Assembly: GCF_006345805.1 (NCBI RefSeq)
Contig: NC_043006.1
Coordinates: 6,386,001-6,450,000, forward strand
Direction of reading: 5' to 3'
Origin: Octopus sinensis
Taxonomy: Eukaryota
DNA length: 64,000 bases
This document shows, one piece after another, positions 38,572 through 52,655 of this stretch; within the stretch, counting starts at the first letter, position 1, and every line of letters begins with the position of its first letter. Both the position numbers and the translations under genes were made by a program. The notes under the pieces were generated by a model. It did not search any database. It worked only from the letters and a program-made list of their open reading frames with translations, and was not told the origin of the DNA.

Positions 38572-39100
38572 TTAATCCAAACGGGAAAACAGAAAAAATA
38601 ACAACACGTGGAACAATTACAGTATTATTATTATTAGGCGCTCAGGAAAATGGAAGAAGGAGGGTATGACGTTTCGAGCGGAGCTCTTCGTCGGAAACAT
38701 AGGAGAAAGAAAGATCCCGAGACGGGAGGACAGAGGAAAAAAAAATTGCAGGTAGTCTTCACGAGGTCACATACTAAAAAGACGGAAGTGGTAAAAAAGG
38801 AGGAAAATGTTTTTTAAAAACAGGAGAGCTGAATCAAAGAGGGAATGGTAAAAAAGGTGTGCGAGATGACAAGGGTGTGTGTGTGAGTGTGTGCGTGTGT
38901 GTGTATGTGTGTGTATGGTGGACAATGGCTAGTAGCAGGCAGTAGTAGAATTAAAGGAGTGGTGTGGGGGTACCCTAGCAAGTCAGAAAGGCAGATCAGA
39001 AACAGGGAGGTATGTGTGTGTGTGCGTATGTATGTATGTGTGAGTGTGTGCGTGTGCGTGTGTGTATGTGTGTGTGAGGCGAGATAAAAAAACAAAAAAT
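38568..39100 (-). mobile_element. Penelope-type terminal repeat with minimal hammerhead
   Basis: Contains hammerhead 38664-38698; its end gttaatccaaac..gaaaac..acaacacg..tggaacaa recurs at 612-690. Confidence 0.6.
38664..38698 (-). ncRNA. Minimal hammerhead motif
   Basis: GUUU-CCGACGA-A-GAGC/GCUC-GAAA-CG-UC-AUAC; ACGU palindromic stem III; one stem I mismatch. Confidence 0.6.
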
Positions 39101-39684
39101 ATGTATATGTTAGTGCGTGCAGGGCGAACAGATGACATAGCAAGTCTCAAGTGAGTGGTCAGTGGTAAAAAAGGAGGAAGGAGGGAAAGGGTGGGGGCGT
39201 ATGTAACGTGCCAGTGTGTGTGTTGAGTGGTAGTGTGTGTGTCCAGTGTGCGTAGTTGTGTGTATGGCAAGTAAATTTGAAGTGTGTGTAAGTGTAATGT
39301 ATATATATATGCAAATGTGTGTGTGTGAGTGGGTGTGTGTATGTGTGTGCGTGTGTGTACAAAAAGGGGGGATATATATATATATATATAAACACACACA
39401 CATATATATATAAATACATACGTACATATGCATATAAAGGACTGTATCAGAAGAGAGAGAGAGAGAGAGCATTTATAGTTAGACCCTAATTGCATGTGTT
39501 AAGACCCTGAAACAGAATCTAAGGACCCAGAAACCAATTAGTCATAAATTCATCGGAATAATTTTAGCGATGAGCAATTTTATAGAGATTTCCTAATGTA
39601 CTTCTAAAATCTCCCAATTCATTTCCATATTACACAATAGTTGTTATGATTTGAAGGAGCTAATTTTTAAATTCTTTTACTCAT

Positions 39685-40530
39685 AGGCTGCGATGGGTAA
39701 AGTGTCACCGTTTTATATTATTAAATCTGCGCAGGCGCATTGCTAGCTTTTGATTTTGTCGACTGCACAGTATAGTAGAGTCAGTCAGGTACTATGAGAG
39801 AGAAATGCAGCACCAGAAATTTGGAAACGACATGCTGTACTGCTTGGCATTCGTGCCGGAAGCTCCAATACGAATATTTCAGAGTGTTTCGGTGTCAATT
39901 TGAGGACAGCACAATTTGAGGTTATGTATGAGAGTGATAAAAATCAAACATCCAGTCAGCGTCATGGTATTTGGAATGATCACTGATGATCGCCTCCATT
40001 CATCTTCCCACACGGTCTTAAAATCAACACGGAGACCTACATCAGTTCCCTGGAGGAGGTAGTGCTGCCCTAGGTGTTGAGGTTTGCTGCTGAAAGACCC
40101 TCTCTCTGGCAACAAGACTCTGCTTCATACCACACAAACACGAGAACCCAATCATAGCTGTGAGACAATTTCTGCGACCACAGCACTCCTAATATCTGGC
40201 TACCTAACTCCCCAGCCTGCAACCCTTTCATTATTATGTTGTGGGGCACAGTTGAACGAGGGATCAAGAAAACTGCTTGTAACACCAAAGATGAATTGAA
40301 GGCAAGAACATGGATCATGGCAGCATTCGCCAACTTAAACAAGGAGATTGTCCAGAAGAGTTGCAGGAGATTCCAAAGTCGTCTGGAGACCGTGGATGAA
40401 GCCAATGCCGAATTTATTGAATAAATTTACTCTTTACTCTTTCAAGATACTTGTATGTAATTTTGGTAAATATGAGATGTCAGTGTTATTTTCATTTCTG
40501 CGTAATTTAGAAGATAGTTTATTCAGTGCA
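39685..40530 (+). mobile_element. Tc1/mariner-superfamily (maT-like) deleted element
   Basis: WQQDSAS.HT, WLPNSP.CNP..YYV.WG and CNTKDELKA...CRRFQSRLE motifs; degenerate TIR-like ends. Confidence 0.7.
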
Positions 40531-40696
40531 ATCGTATATAAAAGAAATATCGCAGCATTATGAAATCACTCGCAGAAACACTTCCCTGTGGGCGGTTTTG
40601 CGCTGCTATGTATCATGTTTCTTTCCCAGAAGCCGTGAAACGGTTGTGATATGCATATCTGGCAACACGCACCGCCCACACCCACCCACAGCCACA

Positions 40697-40762
<66 letters not shown>

Positions 40763-43700
40763 GAGACAGAGGCACAGACAGACACACGCACACTCACACA
40801 TACTCATACCTCTACATACATATATAATCTTATTTTGCAGCATATCGGAAGACATTGACGAATGTAGTAGCATGTGATATGTGATTTGAGATGAGATTGC
40901 GAACATTGTCACGTCTTAGGTTTCCACCAAAGCGAAAGAGAGATTTCGATTCAGCAGGAAATCTGTAAGCTTTACAGGGTTACGGAAGATTGACAAATAG
41001 TCTCCATGAATTCTGTAGTTGTATAAGATAGAAACACCTCCCACCAAAGAGATCGAAATTGTGGCATTCATTGCAATCCTTCAACTGACTTCTTCTTTGA
41101 TATTTTATTTGTGTATTTTCCTGCAGTGCGTATTTGTTTCCTTATTGCAGCATCCTCTTTGTACTACTGTTATTGCCGGTATCCTTTAATAAAATTAGCG
41201 CCGTTTTTTTTTCCCGTTATTACGAGAGATATTTGGTACACATCAAAACGACAAGTAACTAACAATCAAAGTTTGTTCCTAAATAGCACCAGTGATACAT
41301 GAACAATGAAAATTTTAATAAAACTACGGAGTCCGATCAAACGTAAACATAGCGACAAACAGACGTATGTATACCAGCCATTCCTTACGGGAAACGCTAC
41401 TATTTAGAAGAGCGACGTACAATGACAAATGGTGATTAAAAAAAAGAAGCGAGGATATCATTGTACCTTTATCGAGTGCACTTTCCAATCTTGTTGGACA
41501 AAGTTATGAGTCTCTGAGCAGCTGAATATAACAAGTGTAACTAAAAATTATTACATTAAATAATATTTAAATTGAATAAAAAAATTATTACATTAAATGA
41601 TATTTGAATTTAATCACTACATTTAGTAGATATACCAAGCACATCATAGAAAGAAGTAAACGTCATTACACGCATGCACATACACCGACGCAGGTATATG
41701 CACCCACGGCGGCAAGCTGGCAGCATCTTCAGCACACTGGGCGAAATGTCGCTACGTTTTGAGTTCAAATTCCGCCAAGGTCGACTTTGTCTTTCATCCT
41801 TTCGGTGTCGATTAAATAAGTAGCAGTTACGCACTGGAGTTGATATAATCGACTTAATTCGTTTGTCTGTCCCTGTTTGTCCTCCCTGTGTTTAGCCCCT
41901 TGTGGGGAGTAAAGAAATAGGTATATGCACCAGAAAAACATCTCATGGCATATACGAGTAGGGAATGCCAGAAAATGGCACGAAGTGACACATATAGTTT
42001 CAAAAGCGAACTGAAATTTTCCAACGCTTTCTGTTCGTGTCATGCTTTTTTATTCCGGCTTACATTAAGTTCAGCCATTTATCTACATCTCTGCCGGAGT
42101 CGGCAATGTTTTATCCTTTCACAAAACCGTTCTTTGGAAGGGTTGTTGCTACTAAATATGTTAAAAAGCATCTCTTTCTCAAGGATGAAGTTCCGGGGAA
42201 CGTTATCGTTGCGTATGTGGCACATGCTGTTCTCTACCTGCCTCATTATAAATACATTTATATTTTTTATATGCTTGCATTATTTTATTGGTTCCAACGA
42301 TCTTCATAATAGAATGAATTGCTCAGTATATACTGCCCTCAAGTTGGTTTACACTATCTATTTCTTCTGCGTATACTTTGTCCAATTTATTCACGTATCC
42401 CGTCTTCCAAGGAACAGTTACAGCGATGTTATAGCTATCAAGTATAAATTCTATGAGTTCTTTGGTCACATATGGGCGATAAGCACTTATCTATATAATA
42501 TCAGTCTAAGTTATTTTTGAAATTGATATGACTTGTGTTATTTGCTTCCCACTGAATGTTTCACATATACTCGGGGCTAAAAACAACCACCAGTATCATT
42601 GGTATACCAGAGCCGACGAAGAAGTGGTTTGCAGAATCAATGCAAATTTAGAGCACTACTTGCAGCAGATACAGTGGCATATAGGATTTGCTAACTGCAT
42701 TTTCCCACTGATATGTATCATGCACAGCAAACAAAAACAGACCACGATATATCGATTCTGAAACACAGTAAAAGCTGCAAAGCAGCTGTTATTAACATGG
42801 CGTAAGCCGGTCCATTTAAGGATGCTACAGAATACCTAGTTTGTATTGGATGTCTGTTGATTATTCCAAGCTCCATGCATTTTTTTTATCAGGTTTTGTA
42901 TCCAATAGTTTCTTCTTAAAGAATCCTCCTCCAATGCAAGCTCAGAGGGGTTGTTGGGCAAGTGTTGGACGATGCGACTAATCGATTTTCTATTGACTTA
43001 TATCAATGATTACAAGCGGCACGTCTCATAAAATCTCTGATCTGCTATAAATATATGCCAATATGCAAATGAATTTCTTTCTCCGATAAACTATCTCTAA
43101 TCACTATAGTATCATATTGAGAATGTATGACGCATTTTCGGAAGTGCATGTGTTGCATAAGTGAATAACATGATGTATATATAATTATACGCATAATGAA
43201 ACTACATATGCATTCACACACACACACATAAACACATACAAACGCGCATAGCTACATACTCACGCGTGCGTGAGTATGTGTGTGAGTTCGTTTCTGTATG
43301 TATGCGTCTGTATGTGTTTTGTGCGTGCCAGTGTATACGTGTGTCGGCATTGTAACACTGTGTGCATATGTCAGTACGCATGCATATGTAAACATAAATT
43401 TATATTCATACCAAAGTATCCAATAGTTCATATATTATTCAATAGTCATGTGTGAATGAATTCATCGTATGGACGCCATAAAAGTAATAAATCGAGATCA
43501 AGATCGCATGCAAATATTTCGAAATTTCCTTATGTAAAAGACTATGAAAAATCAACATTTAGAATATTATATAATATTGTTTAGATTGCAGCGACCGAAA
43601 TGTAATGTGTATAGCAGATCGATATGATCTTTTGAAATGGTGTCGAGGTTATAAATAGTCATTGCATTGTTTAAGTTGCATAATGAAGGCTGTGGGAATA

Positions 43701-44834
43701 CACGTTGGTCGTTATATGATTCTGTGTAAATATATTGTACATCGCATTATATTGCTTGACTTAGCATAAAGCGCATTTAATTGGATTGCTTGTTCGTAGG
43801 ATGGGATAAGAGAAAGATTTGCAGTTGTTTGCAAAGGGCATCTGTGCTGAGATTGCAAATGTGAGATCATGGTGTAGGGGAGAAAGGAAATTTATAATCA
43901 AATATTTAACATGTATGGAACATTTTCCAGGGATATGCATTTAACAGCGACAGAGCGCCTATTGTGGAAATAATAAAATTTATAAAAGAACTAAATTTAC
44001 ACGGCTAGTAATTGTTAATAGTTTTCAAAGGATAATAATAAATTAATATATCTTAGGTTTGCTATTAATCGATAGAAGCTGGTTTCAAGTTCATAAAGGT
44101 GGCATATGAATCTGTGTGATGTTGTGGTGGAAATCATCAAAAAGTAGGTAAATTTGTAACAGGAGACTGTTTTGTTCAAGGCATAATTAACAAAAATAGT
44201 AAAACGTAGACAAGAAAACTAATATAAAAGGCTTCACTGCATTTAAAAGGCACCACATGTATTTCAACAAATTATTTTTGCATTCACCACGAATGCAGGA
44301 CGAGAAGGATCCACTTAAACAGGGAAATTATATAATGCTCTAATGGAGACGAATAGAATGATCTAGATAATATTAAAGTGAAACTAGAAGATATATAACT
44401 GAATTAATATATAATGAAATGTAAAATGCTCTTGCCTAACACGATGAAAAAAAATTGTACTTCTTGGAAGTGAATGCATATAATGTCAAGTACTTTCAAT
44501 TGAAGAGAAAACAAAATATAATAATATAAGCACGCATTTGAGAGAGAGCTGCAAAAGCTGTTATAAAAGCAAATACAATATGTGATATTTCTATGGAAGC
44601 TGAAACTACTCAAGAGACATCATGCAAAACTATTGTATGAAACAACTACAGATAATAGAAACACACCTGGGTCGCAGACTTACAAACAGAAGTGATAGAA
44701 ACCTGATAATTGTGTTTTAAGACCAGAGATTCTCGAACTCGTATTACACGTGGTCTCTCCTTGGAGCAACATATCAAGGAAGAAGGAATGAGGTATGTGA
44801 GATACATCTCATGGATGTCAGACACTACCAGTTC

Positions 44835-44881
<47 letters not shown>

Positions 44882-45593
44882 CATATCTCAGAATTTGTGG
44901 TTGGAATGAAAATGCTATGGCTGGCACATAAGACTAGTATCTGAAGAGAAATTCTAAAATATTAAGCAGCTAAATATTGTATTCTAATTGTTGTAGTTTG
45001 TTCAAATGACAAATATATTCTCGATAAAGAGGTTTGAAAGTTTATACTATATCCGACGGACATAGTACTTTCAATCCACAAGAACTCATGAAAAAAAAAA
45101 AAAAAAAAAAATTAAACCAATTCAATGGCACAGATATCTCTGAATAGTTCTTAACTACAAGTGAAAACAGCAATGGTTTAAAATCCAGCAGAATACATAA
45201 AAAAATCTGCCAAACATGTGATAATTACAATAAACAAGTCTCCACATTCACCAGACTTCTTGTATTCACATTTGTCTTAGCCACTTAAAGTCATAACAAT
45301 TAACACACCATGACCACCCCCAGCATCAATGATGATGTCGATGAACATGATGATGATAAGAGAGACGAGGAGAAGAAGAAGGAGGAGGAGGAGGGGGAGG
45401 AAGAGGGGGACGACGACGACGACAACGACTTCTTTTAATGAACACAAGGACAAAGATATTGACGGCGGCGCCAAACGCAAAACCAAGAAGAGTACAAGAA
45501 ACAACAATCAGCTGGAAATTTACGTTTTATAAAAAATGGTAAAATCAACAATCAGAATAAATTCACATTGTAAACCAGGCAATTTTAAATAAA

Positions 45594-45988
45594 ACTAGCA
45601 GTATCGCCCGGCGTTGCTCGGGTTTGTAAGGGAAATAACTATATAAGCATTTTTAGAGATGTAAAGTATAGTAGCCATCTCAATATGGCTAACCACAAAG
45701 GGGGGCGTTACTGTAGCTTTTTATATTCTGAGATTTAATAATACATTTTTAGAGAGTTACTTCCCTTATATAATTGCAAAAAAATGCATTCAAAATGGGA
45801 AAAATGATGGTAATTTTTTTTAAAATCGTAGACTCATCGTAGACGCGCGCTAATACCCAGAAGGGCTCGATATGAATCACGACTATAAGATACCCGGTTT
45901 TGGTTAAACTGCACCGCAAAATGTGGGAGTAGTTAGGAATCTAAATCGTAGGAGACAGACACACAACTTCACTTTTATATATAAAGAT
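45594..45988 (+). mobile_element. H1 Helitron/Helentron-like element (variant with extra module)
   Basis: Same termini; internal module atgtaaagtata...ggctaaccacaaa shared with 52656-53056. Confidence 0.6.
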
Positions 45989-46029
45989 TAGCATTACAAG
46001 AATACAAAACAAGTAACGATATGTAAAAA

Positions 46030-46835
46030 CCCCTGCTTGAGGGACAACCACCATTATATTGAATTACCCTGGCATAACAATAGTACAGCATATTATTCGT
46101 ATTGGTTTATTTAGCCACACAATTTTGCCTGTCTCAGCCACCCTTCTTCAATATTCTGGACGGCAACATGAAGTTATATATTATATCTATAATTTACTTC
46201 GCTTTAGCGAGAATTTTCGAATTTGAAGTGTATATAAAGAAAGTATTCATCGTATAAATTGATCGATTTCCAAAGCAAACAAAGAAAATACACCGGGAGA
46301 TAACAATGTAGCAACAAAGTTATAACTGCATCTGATTGTCCAGTTTAAATTGTCAGGAAAACAAATTCTGAAAATTCTATGAATCTCCAAATACCTTAGA
46401 ATATGCTAACGCCAAGATGCTGTAACAATATGGAAGCATAATGAGACTTTTAGCTTAGTCGTTTCTGAAAATAATGTACATTTGCTTATGCTGCCAAAAT
46501 ATTACCAAAAAGTTTTTTTTTTAACAATAGACATCTATAACCATGCAAAACCGATATATACATATATTTGTGTGTGTATATAATAGATAATGGTGTCATT
46601 ATTGCATATAAAACGGATTTACAAATTCAATACCCATACATATCTCACATATATTTTCTTTCCTCCACCTCACTCTCTATTTTGCATCCCATCGAAACTA
46701 ACTATGAATAAATTTTTCCTCTCACACCGTCTCCGATGAAGGGAGATTATTAATTAATATCCTAGAAACAGCTGTAAGACCTTCTATCTATAAATGCTCT
46801 AATATCTATACAGCCTTGGTTTTTTATCTCATTCT
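46030..46835 (+). mobile_element. Decayed Penelope-like element: GIY-YIG remnant plus terminal repeat with hammerhead
   Basis: VYKESI and RKYTG remnants at ~46225-46300; 46600-46830 is homologous to 13480-13700. Confidence 0.7.
46729..46780 (+). ncRNA. Minimal type I hammerhead motif (same family as 13597)
   Basis: GUCU-CCGAUGA-...-GAAAC-AGCU-GUA-AGAC; stem II degenerate. Confidence 0.65.
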
Positions 46836-46959
46836 GAAACAAAAGATTATATATATATATAATATATATATATATATATAATATATATATATATATATGC
46901 ATATGCATATATATACATACATACATATATATATATATATGCATATATATATATATATA

Positions 46960-47019
<60 letters not shown>

Positions 47020-47099
47020 GCATATATATATATACGCACACACGCACACACACAGACACACACCACGCATACACACACATATAGATTTCCTGTTCATCA

Positions 47100-47324
47100 T
47101 GTGTTACTTTCCAAATAACTGTTACCCATATACCAACATCAAACCACGACACCGCGTTACATTCCTCGACCAATAGCAGCCCACTTTTTGGTTATAACAA
47201 TCAACTTCTCTCATTCAAATTCGCACTTGAAACTCAAGGGTACCAACGAATTTGAATCAAACGATTTTGATCTATACGTGTGACTCCCAATAAATTGGTT
47301 GAGCACCCTTCTTTCATTTGTCCG

Positions 47325-47330
<6 letters not shown>
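47100..47330 (-). mobile_element. Penelope-like 3' fragment
   Basis: Frame-broken Q.RLI...GTL...NER remnant. Confidence 0.45.
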
Positions 47331-47358
<28 letters not shown>

Positions 47359-47916
47359 CAAATTATTCAGCCAGTGTAGTTTTTGATTGAAACTGGTTGA
47401 GATACCAATAGATACAAATCTAAAAAAATATTAAACAGAAGGTAAATGTATTAGACAAAACTTAATAAACCTCAAATAAATATTTGCATAAGGAAACTGA
47501 ATGGCGATGTCTAATATGATCAAGAGTAAGAATAATAAATACATAACCAAATAATCTCCAAAATATAACATCACTACAGAGTAGATTCTCAGGATGTAAG
47601 AATTATATTGAATTAGCAGTATATGTATGTTGAACGAAACACAGCATCAACATGAAGAATAATGTAAATGCAACACTATAGCGATCATGGCGCAAGACAT
47701 GGAGCAGGCGACGATGTGACATAAACAGAGGAAGTAGTTGTGACAAAAGTGGTCCTCAATTTCTACTTGAAATTCAAAACTTGTATTTTCTAAATTTGTT
47801 GCAAAAGAAGTCAATGAAATAAAACAAAAACAATATAGAATGGTTACTAGACAGAAAATCAATAGGAATATTGACTAAATTACTAAATTAATATTGACTT
47901 CGGAAAGTGAAAACAA

Positions 47917-48220
47917 CGTTTGTTCCTTCTCGGGTCACGCCTGGCTCATAAGGGCCGGTTTCCCGGTCTCCTTGGCGTATAGGTTTCCCATCTGGACGGG
48001 ACGCTGGTCCATCGCAGGTGAGCTGCAAGATACAGGAGGAAAGAGTGAGAGAAAGTTGTGGCAAAAGAGTCAGCAGAAGTTCGCCATTGCCTTCTGCCGG
48101 AGCCGCGTGGAGCTTAGGTGTTTCGCTCATAAACATATACATCACTCGGTCTGAGATTCGAACCCGCGATCCCTCGACCGCGAGTCCGCTGCTCTAACCA
48201 CTAGGCCATGTGCCTCCACT
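47917..48220 (-). mobile_element. SINE with C-like head and a third body (C3), 12-bp TSD
   Basis: TSD aagtgaaaacaa at 47905-47916 and 48221-48232; body contains cctgcgatggaccagcgtcccgtccag. Confidence 0.85.
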
Positions 48221-49689
48221 AAGTGAAAACAATGTGGAGCTAGAACACTGAAGCTTAAAACATATTTACCAACAATCTGTACCAGAAGGCAACTGATATT
48301 TTAAAAGTTTTTTAGAGGAGCCACCGGGAGCTGAAACGGATTATGTTGCTACAGGTGAATTCCTAAATTATGAAAGGTAGCAAAAATAATATATGTATAT
48401 CATAGCAAGTAAGGGACGGATTACCTGAAACAATTTCATAATAAAACTCAGCCCTGGATTTTAGGAACATTCCAAATAATTCAGAAAGCATGATTCAGAA
48501 AGAATGTCCTGTCAAATTATTAAAAATTTTAATCTGCCCACGGTAAAGGTAAGTGAAGTAAAACCTGCCTTAGACATACATAATCTTTCTAAAATATAAT
48601 CTATCTCCACTACTTTTATGACTAACCCTCAATAATGTTAAAAAGATAAATTGGAACCATGAAAATCTTCATGGGTGGGCATACTGCTAATCCTCTCTCG
48701 TTGTTATTGTTATCGTTCATTTTACAAATCCCATTTAATTGCCTACTAAACTGTTTCATTGATTTTGCATTGTGAGAATTGGATTACAAAAATGTGCCAA
48801 AGTTAACATAAGAAGACGAAAATTTAGTAAAGCTTAAAATTTAAATTGACTCCAGGCACTGAAATCAGAGAATTAGGGAAGGACCACTCTTCCAAAATAT
48901 CGAGGAATAAATTAACTTGATGCAAGAGGAGAGAAAGTGAAACTTAAAAATTATTACTGCAATTGGGATAGACTAATGTTGATCGCTGAAGTTAATACTA
49001 GTAAAAGAAGAGTTATAGATAATCAACTTCAGTATATTAGCGTTGAAGTGAAGATAACTGAAATGATTACAGAAGCAAAAAAATCTACAAAATTATTACG
49101 AGCATTTCAAAGTTGCAATGAATAAAAGGCTTTAGACAAGAACAAAAGAACAGAAAAAAGGTTAACTGAATATAATCATTTTGGAATTCGAAGCGTTGCC
49201 GAAGAAAAAAAAAAAAAACAAAAGATGCAGAGAATAATCACTGCATTGCAAAACTCAACAGAGAGAAATAAAGTCAAAACGAAAAGCAGCAAAGAGTCAA
49301 AAGATGTTACTAAAAACAGTTAGCAATACTTGATTTTAACTACATACGATCAATATCTATCCATGGAAAATATAAATGCGAAATAATGAAGGAAAAGGCT
49401 AACATCAAGATCAGACTAGTCAATCGGTTCACTTGTACAGTTGATTGCATCGCTTCTGACAACTCAGTTATACAGAAGTCAATGAAATCCACATTAGATC
49501 ATCGAGTCTGTAATTACGTCCATTGGCAAACATGCTTGCAAGTTCACGTGAAAACTGAAAACTATTTTTCCTCAATCACTGTTTCTGCAGAACTGGGAAT
49601 GGGCTTTTGGACTCTGCAGGGTCTTTGAGGTCAAGTATTCGGAGCGTTTTAATCAACTAATCACCTCCTTCTACATTTTAGTGGCGATG

Positions 49690-49711
49690 ATAACAACAAC
49701 AACAACAACAA

Positions 49712-49749
<38 letters not shown>

Positions 49750-49760
49750 GCAGCAACAGC

Positions 49761-49799
<39 letters not shown>

Positions 49800-50335
49800 A
49801 ATAATAATAATAATAATAATAATGATGACGATGATGATGATGAAAGATGGTGAGTTTTGCTGGCGTCTTCAATGCGTAGCGGACTTGCTAACTGCAGCCT
49901 ATCTGTTCTTTTCAGTAGTCTAATACTTTCCTGATTATTCTGGCCGTGGCAAGAAGGTAAACCTTTTATAACAGTTCTGCTGGGCACTCAATTCTAATTT
50001 CCTTTATATTTCCCTTGATGCCTTCTAATACTGTCCCCAAGGACCCAACAACAATTGGCACAATATTCACCTTCTTCATTTTCCATAGCCGGGCTATTTC
50101 GTATTTAAGAGGGTTGTATTTATCTGACTTTTCACTTTCCTTCTTCATTATTCGTGGGTCAAAAGGGCATTCAACATTAACTATATATCATATGTGGTGC
50201 ACCTTGGCCACCACCACTAGGTGCGGTTTGTTATGCTCTAGAACCTGATTTGTTTAGATTGGCAAATCCCAGAAGATTTTGCTAAGTTTCATTCACAACA
50301 GCTCTATGTGGCTTGGGTGTGTGAAATGGCTTTTT
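49690..50335 (-). mobile_element. R4/Dong-like LINE 3' end plus trinucleotide tail
   Basis: KESEKSDKYNPLKYEIARLW...VPIVVGSLG and LLATARIIRKVLDY*; followed by (TCA)(TTA)(TTG)(CTG) tracts. Confidence 0.75.
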
Positions 50336-50339
50336 CTAG

Positions 50340-50593
50340 TGTTACTTTTCTTTACTCTATTGAAACTGTTTTACGTAGAATGCCTGCAGTGAGTAGCAGA
50401 GGTATTTTATGTATGTTATATATATATAGGCGCAGGAGTGGCTGTGTGGTAAGTAGCTTGTTTACCAACCACATGGTTCCGGGTTCAGTCCCACTGCGTG
50501 GCATCTCGGGCAAGTGTCTTATGCTATAGCCCCGGGCCGACCAATGCCTTGTGAGTGGATTTGGTAGACGGAAACTGAAAGAAGCCTGTCGTA

Positions 50594-50666
<73 letters not shown>

Positions 50667-51020
50667 ATATGTTTGTGTGTCTGTGTTTGTCCCCCTAGCA
50701 TTGCTTGACAACCGATGCTGGTGTGTTTATGTCCCCGTCACTTAGCGGTTCGGCAAAAAGAGTCCGATAGAATAAGTACTGGGCTTACAAAAGAATAAGT
50801 CCCGGGGTCGAGTTGCTCGATTAAAGGCGGTGCTCCAGCATGGCCGCAGTCAAATGACTGAAACAACTAAAAAGAAACATCTGTAAGTCCTGCTGTTTGA
50901 GTATGTTTTTGTCAGTACGTTTTTAACCATATCCCATGCTCCAACTATTTTAGGGATTATTTCTGTTTCCTGGCTAGACTAAAGGTTCACCCTTCATTAC
51001 TATTCCCGACCTGGATCTTC
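50340..51020 (-). mobile_element. Second R4/Dong-like 3' end interrupted by SINE A
   Basis: ETEIIPKIVGA on one side of the SINE and NIHKIPLLLTAGILRKTVSIE* on the other. Confidence 0.6.
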
Positions 51021-52655
51021 AATTTACAATCCGAGTCCAGGAACACGAACCACATCTTGAGGACCATTTACCGTCTCCATGCCCTCACTCCGCTTGACTG
51101 ATACATTAATAGATTCGAAGATCTTTAAAACAATGCCAAGCAACCTTGCTATGGCGAATATCCTGGTCTTGCTGACGGCTGTTACATTTAAACCTAGCAA
51201 CATAATGACATTGAGCACGTGAACCTGATTTTATAGTAGCCCCAGATCAAGTGCATTTATGTTACCCACACGTAAGGTCAATATGCTGGTGGAAAAGAAA
51301 AGCGAAGTAAAAAACGTATTACTTACTCATTTGATTGTTCCGGAGACCGAGTAAATAGATATCCACGCACTCTTGACTATCTCTTGGGATGTCCTCCACA
51401 AGCCGACAACTGCTCCTCGCATTCAGAATTTCCACGTCGTTGCTGAAATCTCCACTCAATACTCTACACATGTCCACATCAACCCTCATGATTTCCAAAC
51501 TATGTGACACTTTGATGGCATTTCGATCGTCTTAACGTTCTAAATTCAAATTCCGACGAGATCGATTTCGCTTTTCATCTTCCTATTGTCGTTGAAATAA
51601 GTACCACCTGATCACTGGGATCGATGTAATCGACATTCCCCGAAATTGCTGGCCTTGTGCCAAACTTTGAAGCCAATAGTCGTATTTAACAAATCAGAAT
51701 GAAATAAAATGGTACAGCATCTTTTATTTACTCTTTTACTCTTTTACTTGTTTCAGTCATTTGACTGCGGCCATGCTGGAGCACCGCCTTTAATCGAGCA
51801 ACTCGATCCCGGGACTTATTCTTTTGTAAGCCCAGTACTTATTCTATCGGTCTCTTTTGCCGAACCGCTAAGTAACGGGGACATAAACACACCAGCATCG
51901 GTTGTCAAGCAATGCTAGGGGGACAAACACAGACACACACACACTCATATATATATATATACATATATACGACGGGCTTCTTTCAGTTTCCGTCTACCAA
52001 ATCCACTCACAAGGCTTTGGTCGGCCCGAGGCTATAGTAGAAGACACTTGGCCAAGGTGCTACGCAGTGGGACTGAACCCGGAACCATGTGGTTGGTAAA
52101 CAAGCTACTTACCACACAGCCACTCCTGCACCTATTTATTAATGTTTTTTTGCAAACATATTTTGCTTAAATTGTTTTATCTAACGTTTTTATCCTTCAT
52201 TTAATAACGGTTAATGAGAGAAAAATTAATGATAGTATACCCAGTTTTAAAATTCAGATAGAATGTTAATTACATAGAAAAGAGAGAGTTCGTGGAATAT
52301 TCCAATTTGCAATGACAAAAGGCTATTTTACCCTCTAAATATTTTCGTGGTTGAGTCCCCTATAGATTAGACATGCTCTCCTTAGAAATTGAAAACAAAT
52401 ACACGTGGAAAATTAATACACATATGAGTATAAGAATGCACACAAGCATACACATATACATTGATTTCTTTATTAGCCACAAGGGCTCGATATAGAGGGG
52501 GACAAACAAGGACAGACAGGACACCACAGAGGGGACAATACATAGAACGAATATGATTGAGATGATTATATAACAATGGGGTTATGAACGGCTGCATGCG
52601 CCCCTCATCGCATGCATTACCATTAATCTTTTTAAACTGTCCGTTTTTATCATGT

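Noticed and set aside
41040-42900. Hints of a decayed piggyBac-like transposase on the minus strand
   Set aside because: Only weak Cys-spaced and LMxAG-like fragments; not enough to support a call by eye.
48240-49330. Degraded transposase-like or exon-like reading (LEEPPGAETDYVATGEF...)
   Set aside because: Many stops and no diagnostic motif.
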